Of a stretch of 64,000 nucleotides of DNA, positions 1-9,092 are shown in pieces. How positions within the stretch are numbered: the first letter of the stretch is position 1; each line of letters opens with the position of its first letter. Below the pieces are notes generated by a model. It was not told the origin of the DNA. It ran no database searches and saw only the letters and a program-made list of their open reading frames with translations. This DNA is from a virus. The stretch covers positions 66,120 through 130,119 of the IMG/VR virus record IMGVR_UViG_3300035204_001874. One strand, written 5' to 3'. Made by a program: the position numbers and the translations under genes.

Positions 1-607
1 AAAGCCATACGAGACGATACACATTGGAGAAAGGTATCACGAAGAGCCCTTCTTGGTATTTTCTCCTAAATCTGTGCATTTTGTAGAAGGAAATGATAAA
101 CCGCTTGAATACAGAATGGATTACCATTTTAATGAAGAAAATCTTATCAAGCAATTGCAAATTTCTAAGTGTGGTATCGTAACGGATAAGCCTATTAATC
201 TCAAAATATTAGAAAGATATCGCCCCAATATAGCTCACTTAATTTACCAAATTGAGGAGCACGATAACCCTAAATTTATAAGTCACGCTCGTAAATTGGG
301 CATTAATGTCATGCTGGTCTCTCGGCTTTCAGACGAAAAAATAAGTGATAAAAAAATAAATTATTATGATGTGGCAAGAATCAACCACATAGAAGAACCA
401 GAGGAAGAGTTGGTGGCGAAGCTTGAAAAGTTAGATAATTTATTTTATAAATCAAATAAGGTTATAATGTCTGAGCGGCAGACCTTTTCAAGTTTTCCCA
501 AGTATCAAAAGGGTACGCCTTCCATGGGTAATTTTGAGGCTGTAGAGTGCTCTGAGAGATTTTTTGATGATTTAGACCACTTTCATATAGTTAAAATGCT
601 TGACTAG
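1..607 (+). CDS. Hypothetical phage protein, 5'-truncated
   Basis: The frame is open from base 2 (KPYETIHIGERY...) into the listed ORF 53..607, so the gene probably starts left of the window. No recognisable motif. Confidence 0.7.
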   Translation, partial: KPYETIHIGERYHEEPFLVFSPKSVHFVEGNDKPLEYRMDYHFNEENLIKQLQISKCGIVTDKPINLKILERYRPNIAHLIYQIEEHDNPKFISHARKLGINVMLVSRLSDEKISDKKINYYDVARINHIEEPEEELVAKLEKLDNLFYKSNKVIMSERQTFSSFPKYQKGTPSMGNFEAVECSERFFDDLDHFHIVKMLD

Positions 608-627
608 CTAAAAGGTCTTGCTATAAT
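600..627 (+). promoter_or_regulatory. Sigma70-type promoter with extended -10
   Basis: TTGACT (600-605), 16-nt spacer, TGc-TATAAT (TATAAT at 622-627). The next ATG is at 634. Confidence 0.7.
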
Positions 628-633
628 TTCTTC

Positions 634-1341
634 ATGGCGACCAAAAAAATAAAAAGCCAATTCATTAAAAGGGGTGCCGATGGATTGATTAGTGGGGCTG
701 ATTACGTCTTTAACGAAGACGGAGCAATCGATTGGAGAGCGATGGTCAAAGCTCAATATCTTGTCCCAGACAGAAACAAGACTCAAGAAACTGACGTAAC
801 CTTACTTCCAGACAGCCAACTTATCATTCTCCTCGGTGGCATTAAAGAGCTCGCCCAAATTAGGGGGTATACTTCTGTAAAGTATGCGGTAAAATGCCCC
901 AGTCCAGAATACGTCGTAGCTACTTGCTCTATCGATTGGGTTCCCAACTATGAAACAGAAGGGCATGTTATCACTTTTTCAGCGATAGGAGATGCTTCGC
1001 CTAACAACACCAAAAGTTTTGCAAAAAACTTCCTTGGCCCTATCGCTGAAAATCGAGCTTTTGTAAGGTGCGTCAGAAACTTTCTTAAAATTAATATCGT
1101 TTCCCAAGAAGAGCTTCCAGAAAACAAAGCAAACCAAACTTACCCTGAGCAGCATCAAGCGGCTGTTGGCCCTCATTCGCTTTTGGAATCAGCGATGAGA
1201 GAAAAAAAAGTGACCCTAGCAAACGTGAAAAAAAGACTAGAAGATGAAGACTACGACGGAGCTACGGACATTTCTACTATCTCAGACATACCCAAGGTAA
1301 AAGTCTTTGAGTTAATAGAAAGAATTAAGAAGGTTCCTTAA
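634..1341 (+). CDS. Probable single-strand annealing/recombination protein (Rad52/Sak-like)
   Basis: Beta-rich core (YVVATCSIDW...TFSAIGDAS) followed by IAENRAFVRCVRNFLKI, resembling the AExRA helix of phage annealing proteins, plus a charged C-terminal domain. Motif-based inference. Confidence 0.5.
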   Translation: MATKKIKSQFIKRGADGLISGADYVFNEDGAIDWRAMVKAQYLVPDRNKTQETDVTLLPDSQLIILLGGIKELAQIRGYTSVKYAVKCPSPEYVVATCSIDWVPNYETEGHVITFSAIGDASPNNTKSFAKNFLGPIAENRAFVRCVRNFLKINIVSQEELPENKANQTYPEQHQAAVGPHSLLESAMREKKVTLANVKKRLEDEDYDGATDISTISDIPKVKVFELIERIKKVP

Positions 1342-1535
1342 GGACGCCTTGATCTTGATTCTCTTTGTCTTCTGATTTCTTGTGCGCGTTTGGCAATTAT
1401 TTCCCGAGCTTCAACCATTTTTGGCCAATAGCTGGGGTCTTGCTCTGCCCTTTTTAAGATTTCCTCATCGCACCCACATTGGCAACGCGGGTCTTCACAC
1501 ATTTTGTGAACTAAGTCTTTATCTGGTAATTTCAT
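1338..1535 (-). CDS. Small hypothetical protein, last gene of the tail cluster
   Basis: 65-aa ORF 12 nt downstream of 1548..2831, converging on 634..1341. Contains C-x4-C-x-C-x-C. Confidence 0.5.
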   Translation of the reverse strand: MKLPDKDLVHKMCEDPRCQCGCDEEILKRAEQDPSYWPKMVEAREIIAKRAQEIRRQRESRSRRP

Positions 1536-1547
1536 TTTATTTAATTT

Positions 1548-2831
1548 TTATGGATTAAGGTTTTGTTGATCGGCTACAACCGAATAACTTGGCTGATATA
1601 AAATTGCACCAGCTTGTCTAGTTTTGGGTGTTGGAAATTGGTTTGGACTAGCTATGACTAGTGGCATACATTCGTCTAACGTAAGTCTTTGTTTGTTGTC
1701 TGTATTTGTATCTTCCATTACCACACAAGTCTTAAGGATGTTTTGACCTAAGAACCCCCCTTGTCGAGCCATTAGGTCTGGGTAAGCTACTCCATCTGGA
1801 TCGACACCATTCCCTTGGTATTTCTGAGTACCACTTCTCAAACGATCAACGGTGCTCGCGTTATCTGGATTACAAATTCCTAGAGCGTAATGATATAAAT
1901 AGTAATGCAAAATCATCCAGTAGTGATGTTCCCCAACGGCTGGATCATTCATCGTTCTACTAGGGTTTGGCGGAGTCCAAAATCCACCGAAGTTCCTACA
2001 CTCCATCTCATGAAAAATAATTTTTTTAGTGTGAGGGTTTATTATGCTACAGGTTCCAATTGCTTTGGGGGCCAAATAGCTGCTGTCAGCAGGATATAAA
2101 GGCTTTAACTGCTTCCAGAGATCATCAGCCGTATTTCTTTTTATTTCTTTTTGGGTCAGAGAGTTGTAAATTACTCCATCTACTACTTTCACGCTGCTCG
2201 GTGGGCCATAATCTGACCAAAAACCGTCAGAATATTTTGCTTCGTCTGTCGGAGCAATCGCAATTTTATCTTTATTTCCCTTGTGTCCAACTCCCCCATA
2301 TAATTTGTCAAATTCACCATAGGTATCATAACCAAAAGCTGAAACAAAAAAATCGGTCTCATGTGGGGTTTCGTGCTGAACGAGCTTACGGCAAGTAAGT
2401 ATTTCGCCAACGGTATATGGCCTATTTATTTTGGGGATAGTATTAATACTATAAAAGCCCGCTCTGCCAACGCTAATATTTCCAGAGTAGTCCTTTCTTC
2501 TTGTGCCTTGGTAATCGTTAGCTTTTGTATCTGGGGCTCCCTCACAACTAATCCATAAATGCTCCGGTCTTTTAACTAAATAAAAAACTTTTCCAAATTT
2601 ATCATTCGTAACTACCCTGTTAGCTGACTCTTTTTCACAAATAACAAACCTACTTAATATATCAAAGTGAGTGTCCTCCGTTGTTCCAGGGTCACCTGGG
2701 TTTGCAACAACCTTCAGGCTAAACGTCTGGTCTTTGTCTTTGCGATCATTTTCATTTTTGTTAGTTTTTTCTCTCTCCTTTAGGTTGAGCTTCTGAACTT
2801 TTGGATCGGTATTTTTAAAACTGCTTGACAT
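1548..2831 (-). CDS. Putative tail-tip/virion protein
   Basis: 427 aa, tightly packed with upstream tail genes. Carries a C...C..GGxW module. Confidence 0.55.
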   Translation of the reverse strand: MSSSFKNTDPKVQKLNLKEREKTNKNENDRKDKDQTFSLKVVANPGDPGTTEDTHFDILSRFVICEKESANRVVTNDKFGKVFYLVKRPEHLWISCEGAPDTKANDYQGTRRKDYSGNISVGRAGFYSINTIPKINRPYTVGEILTCRKLVQHETPHETDFFVSAFGYDTYGEFDKLYGGVGHKGNKDKIAIAPTDEAKYSDGFWSDYGPPSSVKVVDGVIYNSLTQKEIKRNTADDLWKQLKPLYPADSSYLAPKAIGTCSIINPHTKKIIFHEMECRNFGGFWTPPNPSRTMNDPAVGEHHYWMILHYYLYHYALGICNPDNASTVDRLRSGTQKYQGNGVDPDGVAYPDLMARQGGFLGQNILKTCVVMEDTNTDNKQRLTLDECMPLVIASPNQFPTPKTRQAGAILYQPSYSVVADQQNLNP

Positions 2832-2833
2832 TT

Positions 2834-4993
2834 TTAGCTCCCAAAATAATTTGTGTTGAAAAAGTTTTGCCCATCGAAGAGGGGCGTGGGCACATAGTAG
2901 CCCAAGCCAGTGTTTTGTGAAAAAATGTTCTGGCCTGTTATTAAATACGTTGAGGTAAAAGCGTTCTCCCCCTCTATATAAAGTTTACTAACCATTGGTT
3001 CATCTATGCTGGAGTTTTTAAAATGGACATCAATAAAAAACGATCTTTCACTATCGGGCAAGGTCATGCTTCCGCTGTATTTTTCCCCATCAATAAACAT
3101 GTTGTTTTCGCCAAATCTTAGGCCACCTCCACTAAGGTTTACACCTGTTGTTATGTCCCAGTGCTTATCAAATTCATAAAAATGACCGCTCTTGTTAAAC
3201 AAGAATTCTCCAGACGCATTATCTCCCGTTCCCGTTCCAAAAGAGTCATTTACGTGACGGATGAGCCTAACTTCTGGCTTGTAAATATCGGGATCATAAC
3301 CTGACCCTGGGTTGGTAATTAGTACACCACTGAATAAATAATCGTTTCCATCCTTTTCGAAAAAAGACAAGCCCGTTAAAGAGTCGGTTGTGTACTCCCC
3401 TAACGCTTGAGCCTCAAAGCCCTCAAAAACATAAGGAGACCTCCTTTTGCCAACATCATACCCAGTTCCTCCTATTAAAGTATTGTCCCACGTTGAATCG
3501 TTGCTGGAATCGTCGCCTGTTCCTGTCGCCATAAACATCAGTGGCATTTTTGTATAACCAGTTCCTTGGCTTGTAATTTCAACACCTGTTACCCTTCTCC
3601 AGTCAATAGTGTTGCTTCCGTCTGGAGTATTGTCGGTATGATTTTGTGGTAAATAGTTTTTTATATCTATTTGGAAAGCCTCAGTTAAAAAATATCCTGA
3701 CGCACCCGTTCCAAATTCGCCCGTATATCCTGAAAATAAAATTGGTATTTTTTCTGGTGAATCTTTAGTTAGTAGATTATTCGTATTAAAGGTCGCACCC
3801 GTGATTTTACTGTAATCTAAAAACCTTATAGTCGGTAACTCAGAATACCTTCCGCTTCCTGGGTACTTCCCTGAACATTGCCATATTGGCCTAACGAGAT
3901 CGTCCCAAGTCTCAAATGTCCAAGTTTGACCAGCACCTTCACAGGCCGCTTCAGTGGTGTGTCCTCCCGCATCACAACTTCCAGCGGCTTCGCAGGTCGC
4001 TTGAGTAGTGTATTGAGTATTAGAGCATTCTTGGCCAGTTATACAGTAATCGTGGCCACTAAAATACGTAAAAAACGAATCAACGTACACTCCCGTATAG
4101 TAAACTCCGCTTTCTGGAGAAACATTTTCCAAGGTAACCTTTAAAGGCTTCTCTTTAAAAACTCCCCTTTCATCGTAAGATTCATAAGACAAAGAGTAAC
4201 TCTCTTTTTGTTCTTCGTACTGTAGCCAATGAAATTTTGCAGCGTTTCCACTTCCAGAAAAATACGGAGCAATTATTGGGTCTACGTTTTTCCAACTATC
4301 AAAATTAGTTAGCGTACCTGCTGATCCAGAAAGCCTCTCTGAATCTACAGCTACCGTTATTGTCCCAATTGTTGTTCTTAGGTTAAGTATAGAATTCAGA
4401 GTATTACTTGAGAAACTCTCTGAGATGTCTTCAAGAGTGAAATCTAGTGCTGAATGCGCTGATACATCTCCCGTAACAAGCCCACTAAGACTTGGGGATG
4501 ATTGAGTTTTTGAAAAGTAGCTACCTAGAATTTTAAAATCAATTGCTGAGTTGTTTTCTATTTTCCCGCTAAGAAGTTTGCCAGCGACAAAGGAAGAGGC
4601 AAAACTTATTTTATAATCTATTTTGGGGCAACTTAAAACTACATTTGTTGTAAGAGAGCAATCCGTAGTCTTAGCGAAGAATTTTTCTATAGTAAAGGAA
4701 TTAGGCTGAGTAAGCCCATCCCCAATAGGAGAGTCATCTATAAAATATCTATAAACATTTCCTTTAATATCTCCAGAAATTCCGATGGAAGAGTTCGGCT
4801 CGTATGAATAAACGTAGTTTCCGTTTAGGTCCATCAATTTCCTTCCAGAAAAAAAGAAGCTTGACGTCTTTCCTTCTCCCGAAAACCCAATCTCCGCTGT
4901 ACCATTACCGTTAGACAAGGAGAGTCCGTCAAATACAAAACCTAATTGGCTTGTTTTCGGCGTTAAGGCGAAGTTTTCTCCCTGAAAAACCAT
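2834..4993 (-). CDS. Putative tail/baseplate structural protein
   Basis: Likely start is the ATG at 4993 (MVFQGENF), just after the upstream stop at 4995-4997. G/S/T-rich with repeated I-T-x-x-G-[ST]-G-Y beta motifs and a nested Cys module. Confidence 0.65.
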   Translation of the reverse strand: MVFQGENFALTPKTSQLGFVFDGLSLSNGNGTAEIGFSGEGKTSSFFFSGRKLMDLNGNYVYSYEPNSSIGISGDIKGNVYRYFIDDSPIGDGLTQPNSFTIEKFFAKTTDCSLTTNVVLSCPKIDYKISFASSFVAGKLLSGKIENNSAIDFKILGSYFSKTQSSPSLSGLVTGDVSAHSALDFTLEDISESFSSNTLNSILNLRTTIGTITVAVDSERLSGSAGTLTNFDSWKNVDPIIAPYFSGSGNAAKFHWLQYEEQKESYSLSYESYDERGVFKEKPLKVTLENVSPESGVYYTGVYVDSFFTYFSGHDYCITGQECSNTQYTTQATCEAAGSCDAGGHTTEAACEGAGQTWTFETWDDLVRPIWQCSGKYPGSGRYSELPTIRFLDYSKITGATFNTNNLLTKDSPEKIPILFSGYTGEFGTGASGYFLTEAFQIDIKNYLPQNHTDNTPDGSNTIDWRRVTGVEITSQGTGYTKMPLMFMATGTGDDSSNDSTWDNTLIGGTGYDVGKRRSPYVFEGFEAQALGEYTTDSLTGLSFFEKDGNDYLFSGVLITNPGSGYDPDIYKPEVRLIRHVNDSFGTGTGDNASGEFLFNKSGHFYEFDKHWDITTGVNLSGGGLRFGENNMFIDGEKYSGSMTLPDSERSFFIDVHFKNSSIDEPMVSKLYIEGENAFTSTYLITGQNIFSQNTGLGYYVPTPLFDGQNFFNTNYFGS

Positions 4994-4994
4994 A

Positions 4995-7900
4995 TTACAT
5001 AATCCTTGGCCCAATCTTGTTGAGAATAGACTCCATTTCTGGTGGTGCTGGAGGTCTGGTTGCAAATGATAAGTCTGAATTTAATCCGTCCGCCCCCAGA
5101 GAGACCGAATAGCTAGTCAAACCAAATCTTGGGTGAGCAAGCAGTTTAAATTTTGGAAATTCATTTACTGAACCAGCTAATTTCATGGTAATTTGCTTCG
5201 TTGGCTTAATCACGCTATAATCATCCAAGCCTCTTGCTCCAGCGATTGCGCCACGAGATACGTAATCATGATAGTCTTCAACGGTTTTTAGTTCTGATCC
5301 GTCAGCGTCAAATATTCTTGTAATAAATGCGTTATTGTGTGGATCAATCATGGATTCCATATCTGGGTCAACAGTATTATTGATAATCTTTATGCTGGAA
5401 GTTGGATTACCGTTTCTATTTAGGGATATGGGCTCTCCATAAATTTCTACTAACTCTGGCCTTCTTTCTTCAATTGAAATTTTAGCGTTCCAAATGCCGC
5501 TGTAACATTGAAAATTCCCAGGGTTGACTGGGCTACCTAAACCGCCTAAGAAAAGCGGGCTTTGAATAACGCCCATGCCAAATGCTATTGGTTGCGTCAT
5601 TGGTTCGGTACCGGGATACCAGCCGTATGGCGCGTACATTTTAAAATTATTTATTGGATAAACAAGATTGTAATCAAAGACCGCAGTTGGTAATCTGTCT
5701 AAGTCTTCCTCTAGGTCCGCTAGATAATAAAAACCCAAATCATCAGTAGGGGGATACTTAACATTTCGATTCGGATTTCTTACTAATCTTATGTTTAAAG
5801 CTCTTGAATTGACGTCTCCGGGATGAATAAATGGGCCAAACACAGGGTGAAGCACAGGGAATCCGCCAATAAGATTGCGATCAAACCCTTCTTTGTAGAC
5901 TCCCGTAGGGCTAATGGCGCAACTTCTTGTCGTATCTATTCCAAATGTGTGACCGTAAATGGTAGTGTTACCTTCTTGTTTTGCTATCGCGTCTTCACAA
6001 AATTCAAAATTAATATCATAATCACATCTATCGAAATATTCCTCTTTCGCTTTTCTAAACCCCTCTTGGACCTCCCACTTCATCCTTTCAAGTTTTGACA
6101 TTTTGTTTATAAACCCGTTAGTGCTACGTGGGTGAAAATATATGTTTTCGTGCTTTGTAACATCTGCCACAATCATTACATGCATTTTTTTGCATGTCCT
6201 TCTGAATTTGCTGTTGATGTCAACTCCAGCGATGGAAATTTCATCAATTAACCTTCCGTTTGCGTATAGGTCTTCAAAGTCTTCCTCTAAAGCGACCCAA
6301 GCTTCGCTAAGATCATCAAAAAATTTAGGTACAAAAGCGTCTAAGTCCCAACTTTGTGTTTTGTAAGGGTACATGTCCTCCATGTCTTCTCTAATATTTA
6401 GTGAGTTGTTGTATTTGGTACATGCGTTATCCATGAAGACTTCATTGAAGTGTATTTCAAAATCTTCTACGTTAGTTCCCCATGGGTTATCCAAATCAGC
6501 AAACAGTAAACCTGTTGGTAAAAAGTTACCCGACCTAATTAATACCCCATTAAAGGGGGCGTCAAACGTCTCTAGGCATGTCGTGCATTGAGCGTACGCT
6601 CCCGCAGAAGGAGAAAAAGAATGCTCTAATTTAGGTATAGTTAAACCTCGTAGTTGGTCAAATCCAGCTTCGCCATCTTTGAATCCGTAAAATTCTCTTG
6701 GAAAAAACGGATACCCAGGCAAGGTTCCCTGTATAGCTGCCCCGTGCTTATACATCGAATCCGCACACCTTTGTTCCCAAGAAACAACGTCTTCGTGTTC
6801 TTCGTTTGTATAGTAACCGATAAAAATCTTATAAAATCTTTGATCTAAATTAATGTCTTGGACATCGTTATCGCCTCCTGCTTGCATAAATTCCGTCATT
6901 ACGTCAGTCTTGATAACTGGGTCTACCACTTCGGAAATTGGCCAGAAACCAAGAGCCATACAGTTTGCTTCGAAGTCTTTGCTAATTTCAGCATTCCAAG
7001 GTCCACCTCCATGACCATCTACATTTCCGTCAGCGTCATAAATTATTCCCCTTCGTGAAGACATACAATTTTCTACAACTCTTTGGCCAACATATATGTC
7101 TCTAAGTGACCTATTGAATTTCGAAAGAGCGATAGAGTAATCTATGTCCCACAGTTGCCTTTGGGTATACCAAATCCTTTTTCTTGCTTCGTGCCAAATA
7201 GGTATAGCTGGTTCAGCCCACATTCTTGGACCCGTATCTTGGTGAACGTATGGCCTCAAAGCTGAAGTCCAAGGTATTATGTTTGCGAATCTTTGTTCCG
7301 TAAAAAGTTCCCCATACACCGTATGATAATTAGTCATTGAAGTATTTGGAACGGTGAAATCTAAGGGGTGCATTGGCAAATACGGAGTGTATCTCTGTAC
7401 GTCTTTGCTCTTTTCTCTTTTTTCGAACGGTTTCACGTTACTTGTTATAACTCGTTGAACGTGGGTATTTGCTAAGGAGCTTGACTCTTTATAAGATATA
7501 ATTACGGTTTTGCCGTCATCTGTTGCTGCGAATTCTGAACCTGCGACTGTAGTGGGGTCTGCTATATCTTGTATTTGGCTAAGGTCTGCCCCCTGCTCAA
7601 GATCAACGAAACTAATTCTTTCGGCTTCATTATCCCAATAAAAATCTAAAGAGAATGCTCCACACCACTGCTCTAATACTTCGCGTAACGTTCCGATGTA
7701 GGTTTGTCTAAATTTAGGGTTTTTATCAACGTTTCTTGAAATGCCATTAGAGCCGACGTCGGTAGTAGTGTTTATAGACAGCCCATGAAACTTTAAGCTA
7801 TAAAGAAGTTCAGTGAAGTTGTAGCTTATATTAGGTAAATCACTGCAAGCTTTGTCAGTAAACTCTTCCGTTCCCAACATTAGATATCCACCATCAATTG

Positions 7901-9092
7901 TAAAGCCTGTCGGGTGGCGTGATGCGGGTCCGCCAGCGTTAACTCTTTGTCTAAGATCACGCCAAAATTCTTTTGGAAATAAATTCCTCATATTTTCCCA
8001 TGTCCCTGCGGCATACCAAGTTCCGCCATCGTTTGCACAATCAATAGAATTCCCCGCGACAGCCCCTGAACAGTGATCTTTTTCGCAAAGGTCTTGGTCT
8101 CCGGTAATGCCGGAATCTGGATCACCGCCTCTGCAAAAGTGGTGATTTGAAGGCTCCCAACCTCCTATTAACCCCGCGTTAGCTAAACGTCTTAGCGGGT
8201 GCCAATGTGCGCCAAACGGTATCCCGTTTATTAGGGGATTAGGCATAGGGTAAAGCCCCAAACAATCAACCCAAGGGATAGCAGAGTTGTAGCAAGCTTT
8301 GTCTGTAACAATATCTGGATTTTTAGGGTCGTAATATCTTAAAGAAGATAAATCCGCGACACCTTTTTTGATTTCGTCTACGTTATCGCCGTACTTGACG
8401 GCGAATGACCCCAAGGCGAGTGATCTAACTACAATTCCTTTTTCTTTATTAAAAAAACTACTTAACTTAGAGCCCCACGGGCCTAAACCCTCCCCGCCTA
8501 ACAAATAACAATTTGGACAGTAAGCTTCCATCTCTACTCCTGTCATGCTAAGTTTTATTTCGTCAGAGTTTTTTAAGGGAAAAGTTGGAAGTCCGGCGGT
8601 TCTTCCTTTCGCTGGGCCTTGTCTCTTAATGAGTCCGATATAAATTTTATTTAAAACTAAAGAATAGTCTTTAAATGTCACAGCTAAAGTCTTTTGATTA
8701 GCCTCTATAGAAATTTCATAATCGTAAAGAAACATCCTTTTTAGCCCCAACCCATGCATATCAATCGTAAAGTAATAACCAGTTTTTTCTTCACCTAAGT
8801 AGTCTACTCCGCCGTTAGCGGTAAGACTTTTCTCTAAGATTTCAGGTTTTATATCGAAAGCTGCGCCAGACTTATTGTAAATTTCATCTGAGGAAGCCTC
8901 TAATACGATATTAAGGGTTAGCTCGGTAGGTTCTTTGCTGAATCCAAGCTTTAAAGAGCTATTAAATATCCACCCGCCAAAAGCGTATCCCTTTACCCAA
9001 TTAGCGTGCTTAAGCAACCCGCTTGCCTTTAGTGCGGGGCTTGGTGTAATTAATATGCCCTGTATGTTTTGGATGAAGTCAGCCATAATCAC
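4995..9092 (-). CDS. Large putative tail-tip/baseplate hub-like protein
   Basis: 1365 aa downstream of the TMP. GTLREVLEQWCGAFSLDFYWD resembles hub-type segments. Positional inference. Confidence 0.55.
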   Translation of the reverse strand: MIMADFIQNIQGILITPSPALKASGLLKHANWVKGYAFGGWIFNSSLKLGFSKEPTELTLNIVLEASSDEIYNKSGAAFDIKPEILEKSLTANGGVDYLGEEKTGYYFTIDMHGLGLKRMFLYDYEISIEANQKTLAVTFKDYSLVLNKIYIGLIKRQGPAKGRTAGLPTFPLKNSDEIKLSMTGVEMEAYCPNCYLLGGEGLGPWGSKLSSFFNKEKGIVVRSLALGSFAVKYGDNVDEIKKGVADLSSLRYYDPKNPDIVTDKACYNSAIPWVDCLGLYPMPNPLINGIPFGAHWHPLRRLANAGLIGGWEPSNHHFCRGGDPDSGITGDQDLCEKDHCSGAVAGNSIDCANDGGTWYAAGTWENMRNLFPKEFWRDLRQRVNAGGPASRHPTGFTIDGGYLMLGTEEFTDKACSDLPNISYNFTELLYSLKFHGLSINTTTDVGSNGISRNVDKNPKFRQTYIGTLREVLEQWCGAFSLDFYWDNEAERISFVDLEQGADLSQIQDIADPTTVAGSEFAATDDGKTVIISYKESSSLANTHVQRVITSNVKPFEKREKSKDVQRYTPYLPMHPLDFTVPNTSMTNYHTVYGELFTEQRFANIIPWTSALRPYVHQDTGPRMWAEPAIPIWHEARKRIWYTQRQLWDIDYSIALSKFNRSLRDIYVGQRVVENCMSSRRGIIYDADGNVDGHGGGPWNAEISKDFEANCMALGFWPISEVVDPVIKTDVMTEFMQAGGDNDVQDINLDQRFYKIFIGYYTNEEHEDVVSWEQRCADSMYKHGAAIQGTLPGYPFFPREFYGFKDGEAGFDQLRGLTIPKLEHSFSPSAGAYAQCTTCLETFDAPFNGVLIRSGNFLPTGLLFADLDNPWGTNVEDFEIHFNEVFMDNACTKYNNSLNIREDMEDMYPYKTQSWDLDAFVPKFFDDLSEAWVALEEDFEDLYANGRLIDEISIAGVDINSKFRRTCKKMHVMIVADVTKHENIYFHPRSTNGFINKMSKLERMKWEVQEGFRKAKEEYFDRCDYDINFEFCEDAIAKQEGNTTIYGHTFGIDTTRSCAISPTGVYKEGFDRNLIGGFPVLHPVFGPFIHPGDVNSRALNIRLVRNPNRNVKYPPTDDLGFYYLADLEEDLDRLPTAVFDYNLVYPINNFKMYAPYGWYPGTEPMTQPIAFGMGVIQSPLFLGGLGSPVNPGNFQCYSGIWNAKISIEERRPELVEIYGEPISLNRNGNPTSSIKIINNTVDPDMESMIDPHNNAFITRIFDADGSELKTVEDYHDYVSRGAIAGARGLDDYSVIKPTKQITMKLAGSVNEFPKFKLLAHPRFGLTSYSVSLGADGLNSDLSFATRPPAPPEMESILNKIGPRIM

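Noticed and set aside
4994-5065. Listed upstream start of the 743-aa ORF (likewise 11515 for the 808-aa ORF)
   Set aside because: These starts overlap the upstream gene. The ATGs at 4993 and 11506, directly after the upstream stops, fit better.
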